DNA of 64,000 bases from Marsupella aquatica (Eukaryota > Plantae > Marchantiophyta): contig OZ316896.1 in NCBI GenBank assembly GCA_973895155.1, forward strand, positions 2,790,001 through 2,854,000, read 5' to 3'. The notes under the pieces are model-generated. The model had not been told where the DNA came from, did no database searches, and was given only the letters and a program-made list of their open reading frames with translations. The position numbers were made by a program, and so were the translations under genes. How positions within the stretch are numbered: position 1 is the first letter of the stretch; each line of letters opens with the position of its first letter. Shown in pieces: positions 12,290 through 23,543 of the stretch.

Positions 12290-15200
12290 ATATACCTGTG
12301 CAGACAAACAAAAATGCCAAACCGGGTCCCAAAGTCCGTTACATATTCCCCATCTTTAGGATCCTTTTTTTTTTGGTTTTTTTTTGTGGGGGGGGGGGGT
12401 TTAGGGTGACCACCACGGCGAAGACCAGCGGGGCACAACAATACAAGCCAAGGACCAGGACACACCACAACCGACTCCAAAACGCCAAACCCACAAAAGT
12501 CCTGAAAGATTAGTTGGGGTCCTTGTTGTTAGTACCTCCTTCTTGGCAGTGCTGGGGTCACCCTTACCATTTGGCAGCTGTGCTTTGCCTTTCTTTTGTG
12601 TAGTTTCGTTTTTGGTTGTTGCTCTCTCTTCATTGGCCCTCCTGTCTGAAGATCTTTAGGATCCTTGTCAAGGAGTTTGGCTAGTTTGGTTATATTTCTC
12701 ATGCCAAACCGGGAGACAGGGTCCCAAAGCAGGTTACATATTCCCTCATCTTAAGGATCCCTGTCAAGGAGTTTGGCTAGTTTGGTTTTATTTCTCCCAA
12801 ATTGTATGTTGTATCATTTGCCAGTCCATCCAGGAGGTAAGGTTTTGGCTAATATTTGCAAACTGGAAAGTCACTGTTCCACATGTTAGGGCTGCCGGCC
12901 GGGCCAGATGAAAGGGTTGCTTTTGGGAACTTTTGATAAAGGTTTGGGGAGGGGGGAGGAACAAAATTGAGAGATCACTTGTGTTTATCTCATACGTACC
13001 TGAGACAGGTTTATTTAGAATGTCTAAAAAAAAGGGGGGGGGGGGGGGGGGGGGGGGGAAGCTTGTTGGGGACCCACTCCCAGTCCAGGAAATTTCTTGG
13101 ACAAGTGGTCTTTAGATTTCATGGAAAGCCAAAGTGGACTTGTCAAGGTTGTGATGAATCTAGCAAAATCTTGGAAGTGAGGGGTCAATTATTGTCGTCT
13201 TGTTCTTGTGAAGCACAATTAATACATTTCCTTGTTACTGTAGGGGCCGTTGAGCTAGGTCCAAAGCCTAGGGTGCCTTTTGGTGTCCTCAAATATCACC
13301 TAGGTTGAGTAAGGGCACTGTCCCGGCTTTCCTCAAGAGATTAGCTCTTTAATTAATTAATCTCCAAGAATCTTGGGCAAAATTTTAAGCCATTTCGTCC
13401 AGGGCAACCCTCAAGCATCCAGAAAGGAGTGGACGCATAACAGAATCTTCAACTATGCCTTTTATGCCCTCAATGAGTCAATGACAACTGCTTACGGGCT
13501 GAGTGATGGAATGATATTTCTAAAAGTGCCCCACTTGATATTTCTAAAAGTGCCCCCACTCACAGCATAAAATTCACCAAATTCCACCTCCCCAAACGCT
13601 TTGGACACCTTTGGCCAAAATTAGATTTTACTTCAAAATGTGTAATAATTTTTCTGTCTCATTAGCCACTGTCCCACCTAATCACAGGCCCCATTAGCCA
13701 TAATCTAATGGTCACCCCTAAATCTAGGGAGATCTGACTATCAGGAAAATAATCAGATAAAGAATATTTTGAACATCTTCTCCTTCACACACTGAACATT
13801 TGCCACCCTGGCAAAAAAGTAAAACCCTTAAAAAAATACGTGGCCCACTGACTACACCCCACCTCTTGTCCCCCACTGGTGTAGCAGGCTAAACATAAAA
13901 CAAAACGCCATGTGCATACAGTATATATTATCGTTGGATCTCATTTCAAAGGCAACAAACACTCTAGAATCTTCAATCCACAGTCTAGTTTATGGAGTTC
14001 ATAAATAATAAGTAAATGAAAGCTAAACATGTGCATGTGGTACTACGAAGGTTGTCAGTAGTTGTCCCCATTTCCTTATATATTTCAGTTCAGAAGCAAG
14101 AGGGCCCTCGGAGAACCCATCATTATCAACAAACAAAAATTCTCAACATGCAAAGTTACTAGGAAAATGCTTAATTAGTATTGCAAGACACCAATTTCTT
14201 GGGGTCCATGTTCTTTTCCACCTTGTTCATTTATTCCCAGTATGAAATTGACACCATAATCATTGTCCTTTTAATTCTCTAAAGTCCAAATAGTCTTGCA
14301 AGTTCCATACGAACATTCAGAGCCCCTCTTTATTACACTCCCAAGCTGAGCGAGTGCTCCTAATAGGAGATAAATTAGTGCTTGTGTATAGATAGGGAAA
14401 AACCATTGGTTGACAGCAAGTAGTCATAGGGCAAACTGCAACCAAGTGTGCAAAACTGTGTAATCAACCACTGTAATAGGATTCGCACCATATACTTCTC
14501 ATTGTCTCTTTAAAACACAGTGAACAATTCTTTAATGTATTATTTAATTTGACACAGTCCCTTGGATTGACCGAAATGGGTACCCAATATTGTTCTTACA
14601 ATAAGGTACAAGGTATAGTAAATGTACTGGGACCATACAATATACAAGATACATAATTATGGTGGCTATATTATATATAGCCAAAGTATAGAGTAATTTT
14701 TGGGCGTGCCACATTAAAGGGGAAATAGATTGACCTGAGATGGAGGTTTCTGGCATGGAGCAAGTAAAGGGGATTGAAGTAGATTGACATGAAATGAAAG
14801 GTTTATGCTATTCTGCTCTTGACTATGCTCTTCCTAATCTTTATCTTCTTTTTCAGTTGTGTTGGAGGGAAGAAAAAGGGGGGGGGGGGGGGGCGGGGAG
14901 GCAGTGGGAGGGCGAGCAAGAGGGAGCAAGAGGAAAGAGAGGGGGAAAATAGGGCTCCAAAAGGAGAGGCAAACAAGTAAAAGTGTTGTCTCTCAATGTA
15001 GCATTATGAAAATTTAGATCCCATGGGCATTGAACACCATGTACTCATATTTGTATTTAAACATCTTTTGTGTTATCTCTTCATTGTGATGATGACTCAT
15101 ATTTTTCAATCAATTCATTTATGCACATTAAACTTGCACACCCGACAACACGGTTGCAATGAGAACATTGCTACAACAACCTTGTGGCCAAACTAATCTC

Positions 15201-15620
15201 ATGGCGCACGCAATGACATATTCCCGGACACATTAGATGTCTCAACAACTCCCTTGCCTCAACCTTTGTTTCAGTGACCCGTCTTGTCCCCGGCCTTAAC
15301 ATCTTCTCTGCAGGGCACGGTCATCAGGATAAGGATAGTCTAACTACTGTATATAATCTCCAATAATGTGAACTTAATTCAGGGCATACTTTCTAGAGAG
15401 AACTAAGACTCTTGACCATGACTATGACTATGAGTGCTCCTGAAGTTAGAGGTGCCGCTGGAGCGGGGATGGTCTAGGGAGAAGTCTCTTGACCTTACTA
15501 TAGAGGGTTGTTGAAGTTTGGGGTTGGGGGTGCAAGTGGTAAATTCATATTGGGATATATGGGTCGATTGTTGTAATCTTGATATTAACTTTGTCGAGAG
15601 AAAATTCCTACTGAATTGCA
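12290..15620. repeat. Degenerate TE-derived block between the two non-coding paralogs
   Basis: Internal duplication (atgccaaaccggg...gtcccaaag...gttacatattccc at ~12314 and ~12701), related gggtcccaaag sequence inverted at ~1955, long G runs, CpG depletion, no credible ORF. Confidence 0.4.
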
Positions 15621-16673
15621 ACTCCTGCATCTGGAAACTCTCGACAATCTAAAGCGGTCGACCGAGCGAAGAAAACTAAGAAAAGCAGTGTTCCGGCTAC
15701 AAATTCAATTTCCCAACATATCTTGAATCATAATTTTTCGTCAAGATTGGTAGTCAGCGGTGAGGTCGTTGATGGTGGGATGCCAAACTCATCAGGCCTG
15801 GAGGAGAGTTCAGATTGAACGACCCAACATCGGATTCTTTATTAACGGACCAGCACAATGAATTACAACAAAACTGCATAAGTTGTCCTCGAATCGATCA
15901 CTTCACGAAAACGAACTTTAATCGAGCAAAATCTTTGCTGTAATTTGCAATAGATTTGGCTACAGCGCGTAGGGCTGGTCTCCCTATCAATCGGGCTATC
16001 AATTCCGGTACCTTCGATCCAGGCACACCAACTGATCGATCGAACTTTTGGAGGCCCATTCAGTGTTCGACAACTCGCAAGCTACTCGTGCTCCCGAGAT
16101 TTAGCGTGGACACTGCAACTCAACTGTCCGCCTCTCGTGATCGATCTCTTGGGTGCACATCCATCCATAGATGTCCCTTCTTTGTAGTCATGCCGCTGAG
16201 GTCGGGGTAAGGTTATAGACAGCGAGAGAGTTTTCGATTTGTAGTTATTGTTTTCGTGCTTGTTTTGAGGTCCGTCAGTTGAACAGTTCCGTTAATGAGA
16301 TCGATGCAAGAAAAACCTGACTGTAATAGAAGAAATGTTCGCCGTAGGACTTATCATGCGCTGAGAGCTAACAGTTCTTCCGTTACATCGAGTTTTTTCT
16401 TCGCATCGATCTCATCATGGAAGGACTCGATTTTCCGAATTGGTTTTGCTCGGAACTAACTTGCACGGGGCGCACACACTTCGGTTCCAAGTGCCGACAA
16501 AAGAGTCAAGTAAGTCTTGCTTAGCACCTAGAACTAATATTGCGTAGGTAGAGTTAATTTTGCTGCTATGCCGCCATGGGCTTTTCCCAGGCTTTGTTTG
16601 CGAGTGTACCTGTATAAAATTGCAAGATTTTCGGTCAAAACCTACGGTGATACCTTTCACCCTCTAGCCTGAC

Positions 16674-17006
16674 TTACGCCATCATGACGTCAACGCCGTT
16701 GAACATCCAGGGAGACGACTTGACGACGGGTTAATTCGGGTCTACAGTCAGCGACAGACGAGGGTTAGGGGGTCTCCTGTTAGCGACAGACGGGGCGCCA
16801 CATTGAGCTTATTGTGTGGTCTTACTTTCAATCTGTTAAATCTAGCCGTTGGCAGCTACAATGGCCGGAACAATGACGGGATCGTACACGCAAAAGAGGA
16901 ACCAATAATCAATTTGATCGAAATCGACAACGGGGCTCAATTCCGGAGACGTCCCCTCTCTCTAGAATTACTCTAGCGACCTGTTCAGGTCTTGAGAGTA
17001 TATAAA
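16674..17006 (+). promoter_or_regulatory. Promoter of paralog B: TTACG..TGACGTCA, two GCGACA motifs and a TATA box
   Basis: ttacgccatcatgacgtca at 16674-16692; gcgacagacg at 16751 and 16783; TATATAAA at 16999-17006; aligns with the paralog A promoter. Confidence 0.55.
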
Positions 17007-17029
17007 GAGCGGCGTTTGCTTATCACGTA

Positions 17030-20027
17030 TCCTGTGTTCTGTCCAGAGCACATCAAGTTGCCGATGGCAAATGTTCCTCATGTGAGAGAGTGACGGAAGG
17101 CATGTGAACCTCGTCGATACTCAGAGTCCAGACCGAGGCTTGAGACCGAGGATACGTTGACATCAGCAAGAGACCTCTTCATCACTTCTGTCCGATGCCA
17201 ACTCGTGTCTACTGGAGTACAGCTCATGGACAAGCTGAATTCTTGGGAGCTAAATTAAGGCGTTCAATGGCTATGACGTCGACTACTAGGGAGGGTGCAG
17301 TTTGCTGATTACATGGCTCAACCTTTGATGCTATCCATGACTCAACCAATTTGTTTGAGTGCTCAACGTACCTTGGCGAATGCCCACACCGTCGAGCTAC
17401 CTGCTGGAGAGCGAGATCCAGGTTCAAAAATCGATCGGAGATCGATCGTCCCCGGCCGCGAGCAAGACAGTTCCAGGGGCTTTGCGACATTTATCTGCGA
17501 GATTTCCAATTCATCGACACTGTCAAATCGAACTTCGGCAACCTGAATTAAGGAGAGAGAAAAGAAGGGAAAAGGTCGTTCAATCTCCTGAATGGTATTT
17601 GGTTCTTTTCTCCAGTATTTCCGTCACCTTATTCTAATTAATGTCGACCCCGCTGCAATGCTATCCCAGGTCGACTCTTGTTAGGGTCTCGATAGGAGAT
17701 AGGATTTGTGGATGGTCTGGATCGACTAATCCAGTATTGATGTTTGTTATTGATATTTGTCTGTTTGGAAACCGGGTGTAGTGAGAGGTTCTCCCCTCGT
17801 ATGATCTGTTCTTTTCATCGTGCGCGGGGAAGGTTTCAGGTCGAACGGGCTTGGATCGGACGAAGTGCTACTTGGATGTTCTTTCGAAGTGGGAATGGAG
17901 GTCAGTGTGAGTTCCTGTCTTGCACGTACTCCATCACAAACTAATCTTTTAAAATGCTGAGCTTTCTATAAGAAGGTAATCTTCGGATACGCTACTCAGC
18001 GTTCGTCTAAGAGGGCCCTGTGATGGACTTTAGGACAAGAAAGTAACACATGGGTACTTAAATCCGTGTGAATTCCTGTCCTACAATACATCAGAAACGA
18101 ATCTTTTAAAATGCAGAGCTCAGTTTCTGATGGACTGCAGGACACGAAATTAACGGATGGCCGGGTAAAGCCTCTGAATCCACTTGCTCCTTGTGTTCGT
18201 GAGTTGTACAAGCCGAAACTCAATTTTCTCCATCGTTTTTCGTGCATTTTTGCTTTGGATGTAGCACAGGTGCGATAAGAAGGGTTGAGCTGGAGATGAA
18301 GAGCAAGACTTACTACATATATATCTCCTCATCGCTGCTGCCACTTCATCTCTTGAGATCTGTACGTTAGATCACAGCGAAATCCAGGATTGAAACCAGA
18401 ACAGCCATATATCTCTGACTTCTAGCTCGGCCTTTGATATCGCACCAATGCTACGGACGCCAAACATGGAGGTAACGAACTGCTAGGACTGATCACTGAC
18501 GGATCAGACTCTTCTGACGGCGTGTGAAATCCGACGTCGCCAACCAAGAATTGAGACTACACAACATATGGCCGGAGAAAGGAGCTCTACAGTAGTTATA
18601 CTGGAACCAAGCTCTCAGAACCGAAGAATTAAGGTGATGTTCCACTCTATGACCTAGCATGAACGATCTCTTTTCTCTCGCAGGTGTTTGACACCCATGG
18701 TCATCTGCAAGACGTATGTACAGGTTCGCTTACGGTACTGGCACTTTGGCGCGCAAGCTGAGCTCCCACTTTTAATTAAAAGTTCTCCATGATTGACGAT
18801 GACATTCAGAACTAGCTTAGTTAGGCTCTGGCCATCCGAGCAATCAGTTATGATTCAGAGTTATCTGCCAATGAATAATCGAGTCTGAGCTACTGAGTAC
18901 TGTTAATGACGATCGAGCGTGACCATTAATATTCAACTACAGTCTCTCCACTGAATGATCGAGTCTGAGCTACTGAGTAGAGTGTCATTCACTCATTCAC
19001 CATAAGGTGTTTGAGTCCCTCGATCCCTCGAATTTATTACATTAGATCGATTCCCCTTGAATTGGATATGACATCTCCTGGATCATGCACAGGTTGACAA
19101 ATAATGTCATTTATATCATATACTGATCGAGAGTGGGTTTTGTTCTAGCTTTCTTTCATGTAATGTAGGACATGCTCTACCAAATCTATTTGTTGTTGTT
19201 TCATCGATCGTTCGGATTCATGAATGTTAAATTTGGTCTAGTTTTCGGTGAACAGTACCCTGTAAATTTGTACTGCCTTGTTGAATAATGTATCATGACC
19301 AGCAATGGCGTACAGCTCAGCTTCAGTGGTGAGAAGACTTCCATGAGTAGTCAATCCTGTCCTTCCATCAGTTTTTAGCTAGCTAATAGCTTCCAACTAT
19401 CAGTACCTGACAGCAGTCTAGCCCATGACCCAAGTTCATCGGCAAATGGTATGACCGAAGTATGACGAACACAGCATACGGTCCACCAGAATTTACAATC
19501 TAAAATTGCTGAGAAAGGCAGGTCAATAGTATGGTAACTATGCAGGATATGTCGCTGCCATAATTGACGGTTGTGCATTCTTATCCTACCAAGAATGTCA
19601 TCAGAAAACAAGGTTATGTGAAATTGTGCAGATAAGCTAATAAAAGTTCGTCTTCAGGAGCGTGTCAATATCGGTAGCAAAACATTTGATGTGTGAAGGG
19701 AGTAAAATACGATCAGCATTTGATTAACTGACTCTCTACGGACATGGAATATTATATGCAGATCGGACACCCTGATCAATCCTGTCAATTCATGGCTCTA
19801 AGCTACTCATAGTTCAGCATTCTGGAAAGCTACATTTTCAAAATGAAATTTTTTGGACTGCATTCGGAGTATGTTTTAATATTTTTTGATATGGAGCAAG
19901 GTGGTGAACTCCAGAGCCTGTAGGAATTCACATCCAGGAAAGAACGCCAACTAACTCTTTGTACTTCACATCTAAGTTAAAGCTCTGATCATGTTCCGAT
20001 CCCAAGTGACAGTGTCCTTTAAATGTT
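17030..20027 (+). ncRNA. Putative spliced non-coding Pol II transcript (pri-miRNA candidate), paralog B
   Basis: Colinear inverted homology to 4245-7235; TATA box upstream; conserved acceptor tctcttttctctcgcag ending at 18683; contains the hairpin at 18254-18464; transcript ends are inferred. Confidence 0.55.
18254..18464 (+). ncRNA. miRNA-precursor-like hairpin B
   Basis: 18261-18295 pairs with 18420-18454 at 31 of 35 positions, with no bulges, two symmetric 2x2 loops and five G:U pairs; basal TTTGG(18254)/CCAAA(18464). Confidence 0.75.
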
Positions 20028-20029
20028 CT

Positions 20030-20400
20030 AAATGTTCACCCATTGGGAGCCAGGATACCCTGACCTGACGTTATAACAAGCACGAGGATAAGTTTGGAAG
20101 TGTAACTCTTTTTTTTCTTTCTCAAATATCAAAAGCTGGCCCATCATCTGACCCATACTCTCCTCCAGAGAATACACTATCAACCCCAGAGCATGCACCT
20201 CTGTAGGGTAGTTAGCAAGGGGGGTCATACCCAGGACCTGGAGAGAGAAAAGGATGGACCACAGCCCCAAAGTGTACCAGCCAGGGGCCCAGGAGAAACC
20301 ATGACTCCCACCACTACACCCACACACACACTCACCCTTGCATGTGGAGGGGGGTTGAACCTGGGACCTCTAGGTTCTAGGCTTGTGTAATTCTTGACAT
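20030..20400 (-). mobile_element. Possible degenerate tRNA-derived SINE
   Basis: B-box/T-arm-like gaggtcccaggttcaacccc on the - strand at ~20351-20370; A-rich tract downstream at ~20109-20120; begins where paralog B homology ends. Confidence 0.3.
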
Positions 20401-20736
20401 AGTGAGATGTTGGAGCTAATTTTTGAATTTTTGGAAGATTTAAGAGTACTAGTCACTTAGGCTCCATAACACCCATACAAGAACAATAGCATTTACAAAT
20501 CAAAAGCTTAAATTAACATTGAATCAATCTGAGTAAACAATTGTAGATGTAAGACAGTTTCATGTGTCTTGTAACAATCACTTGTATATACATTGACTTC
20601 CTAGTTTTGCTAGTTGGGCAATATAGCACAATTACCTGTCTGCATAACTATGGCAAGGTATTAAATAATAACATACCTTTTATTGTGAGTGAAGCAATTC
20701 TAGCCAACTCAGCATCTTTGTTATATTATATATCTA

Positions 20737-20763
20737 CAAGCCCTATGCCCGTGCTTTGCACGG
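20737..20763 (-). mobile_element. Helitron-like 3' terminus
   Basis: The - strand reads CCGTGC-AAA-GCACGG hairpin, gcataggg, CTTG|T; same design as the terminus at 32660-32685 (CTAG|T); 5' end not located. Confidence 0.6.
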
Positions 20764-20892
20764 TGCAATGAGGGCTGGCCCACAGGGCCCGGGGGCTGAG
20801 AGGCAAGAGAGGGCAAGTGGTAATCGAATCGAATGGATACAAAAATCCTCTAAAATATCTAACGGCCAGTTTTGATTCTCGCCAATTCTGTA

Positions 20893-21732
20893 TTTACGGA
20901 CCCCACTAGAGGTCCCTTCCAAAATTCCTGGCACCACAGCGTGCCACGTCAACAACAACCGCAACAAACAAGACTCGTCGGTTTTGTGAATCAAATTTAT
21001 AGTTTTCATTTGTGTTTGTGTCAATTTGGGTGTAAATTTTGGGACGCCATGGCGTAAAAAGAAAAGTAAAAACATTGGAAATACAAAGAGCAAGACGGTT
21101 AAAACTATCACTATGTAACCGTTTTAGTTACATTTCCAATTTTAAAACTTAAATTCAAAGATTTATAAAAATATTTTTCATATAATAAATAATGACTAAT
21201 AACTAACTTGATAACTTCCTTGTTAAACCGCAACTCCCGGTATGTAAGGACCTCTCATATTGTACGGCCATTAATGTTGGGAAGAGCACATAGAAACCCA
21301 GGATCGGGGAGGAGGAATGGTTGGAATCTTGAAAGTTCATCGAATTTTATACTCAAAACTATTTACTCATTCTCAAAACAAAAAATACCCAGTCGTAGAT
21401 CTCATTGAGATCTTTCTTTTGCACCCTAGATCGCTTTCTAACATGGATGAATAAGATTTCTAGAGGCATTACAAAATGGACAGCAAAGATCGTAATATCA
21501 ACAAAATCGATGGCTAGGAAAGCTTGGATTTGTTTAATTTTTCATTTGAAAAATATTAACCCATTTGCAAAACGGACAGAACCCATCCATAGATCTATTT
21601 GAGATCTTTCTTTTGAGTCATAGATTGGCCATTATGATGGACGAACGAGATTTCCGGAGATAAGAAATGAAAATGGCTCAGATCGACTCTTCCCCCTGAT
21701 TTTATTAACCAAGGGGTCCACGAACTAATTCA
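20893..21732 (+). repeat. TE-like repeat unit of about 830 bp, copy 1 (MITE-like or Helitron-internal)
   Basis: Highly similar to 22714-23543; begins ggacccc and ends ggggtcc (short inverted termini). Confidence 0.85.
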
Positions 21733-22713
21733 TAACGGGATGAAGAACGAAAAAAGGCGGGATCACTTATTATAGTTGTAGATTATATCATATTTTAATA
21801 TCTTTACACTCTTAAAAACATTTATGTACAATATATCCTACATGAATAAACATCAATTGAAGGAGTATTAACAATGAAAAGAAAATGTTTACTTATTGAA
21901 TTGTATGATTTTTAATTTAAATAATTAATATTAATAATATTTGTTAAAATTTTAAAAATAAATTTATAATGATGAATGATTAATATTTGTTATATATATA
22001 TATATATATAATTTTTATAATTTTTAAATATAATTTTATTCATGAATTAATTTAACATAGTAATAATTAAAAATTAATTAAACTCAATTTTAAAATATTT
22101 TTTAAAAACATTTTCATTGAGAAGAATTTTATGTTTAGTGATCTAATTATATTGTGAGTATTCACAAATTAATCTCAATGAAATGTTTTAATAATTATCT
22201 TTTAAATGAGTTTAATTAAATTTTAATTCTAAATATTATTTATTTTTGAATAAATTTAAATATTTCAATTAATTATTATAAAAATATAATATTATTATTT
22301 ATAATAATTTTTTAATTTATATCATAATTTATAAATTTTAAGTTTAAATAATATTATTTTATTTTATTGTAAGAATGATATACTTTAATAAGAACTATTT
22401 TAAATTTTATTATTTTGGCTTTGTAAATTCAAGGATGTTTAAATCATAGAATCAAATAGATATGAAATTTATCAAACAATGATATTGATTAGGTTCTTCA
22501 TTTTGCATGATTCTAAACCATTCATTCTAATGTATATATACCTTTTGTCCATGGTTGGAAGTAAATTCTTTCAAATTCTGTTCCCTAGGAGGTGAAAAGA
22601 TGACATGGATATGGAGGAACTCATGGTGAAACTGGGTCCAAGCAATATCTTTCCAAGGTTTGAGTTACTTTCCTTGATGTCTAATTGAACTCCAAGTTCT
22701 AACAAATGGAGAT

Positions 22714-23543
22714 TTTAGTTATGGACCCCACTAGAGGTCTCTTTAAAAATTCCTGGCACCACAGCATGCCATGTCAACAATAACCGTAACAAACAAGACT
22801 CGTCGGTTTTGTGAATCAAACTTATAGTTTTCATTTGTGTTTGTGTCAATTTGGGTGTAAATTTTGGGACGCCATGGCGTAAAAAGAAAAGTAAAAACAT
22901 TGGAAATGCAAAGAGCAAGACGGTTAAAACTATCACTATGTAACCGTTTTAGTTACATTTCCAATTTTAAAACTTAAATTCAAAGATTTATAAAAAATAT
23001 TTTTCATATAATAAATAATGACTAATAACTAACTTGATAACTTCCTTGTTAAACCGCATCTCCCGGTATGTAAAGATCTCTCGTATTGTACGGCCATTAA
23101 TGCTCGGAAGAACACATAGAATCTCAGGATCGGGGAGGAGGAATGGCTAGAATCTTGAAAGTTCATCTAATTTTATATTCAAAATTATTTACTCATTCTC
23201 AAAACAAAAAATACCCAATCATAGATCTCATTTGCACCCTAGATCGCTTTCTAACATGGATGAATAAGATTTCTAGAGGCATTACAAAATGGACAGCAAA
23301 GATAGTAAAATCAACAAAATCGACGGCTAGGAAAACTTGGATTTGTTTAATTTTTCATTTGAAAAATATTAACCCATTTGCAAAAGGGACAGAATCCATC
23401 CATAGATCTATTTGAGATCTTTCTTTTGAACCATAGATTGGCCATTATAATGGACGGACAAGATTTCTGGAAAAGAAATGAAAACTACTCAGATCAACTC
23501 TTTCCCCTGATTTTATTAACCAAGGGGTCCACGAAACTAATTC
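22714..23543 (+). repeat. TE-like repeat unit of about 830 bp, copy 2
   Basis: Direct repeat of 20893-21732; termini ttagttatggacccc and ggggtccacgaaactaa are imperfect inverted repeats. Confidence 0.85.

Noticed and set aside
13034-13058. Long poly-G run (another at ~14878-14892) as a functional G-quadruplex
   Set aside because: Simple homopolymers inside degenerate repeat sequence; no evidence of function
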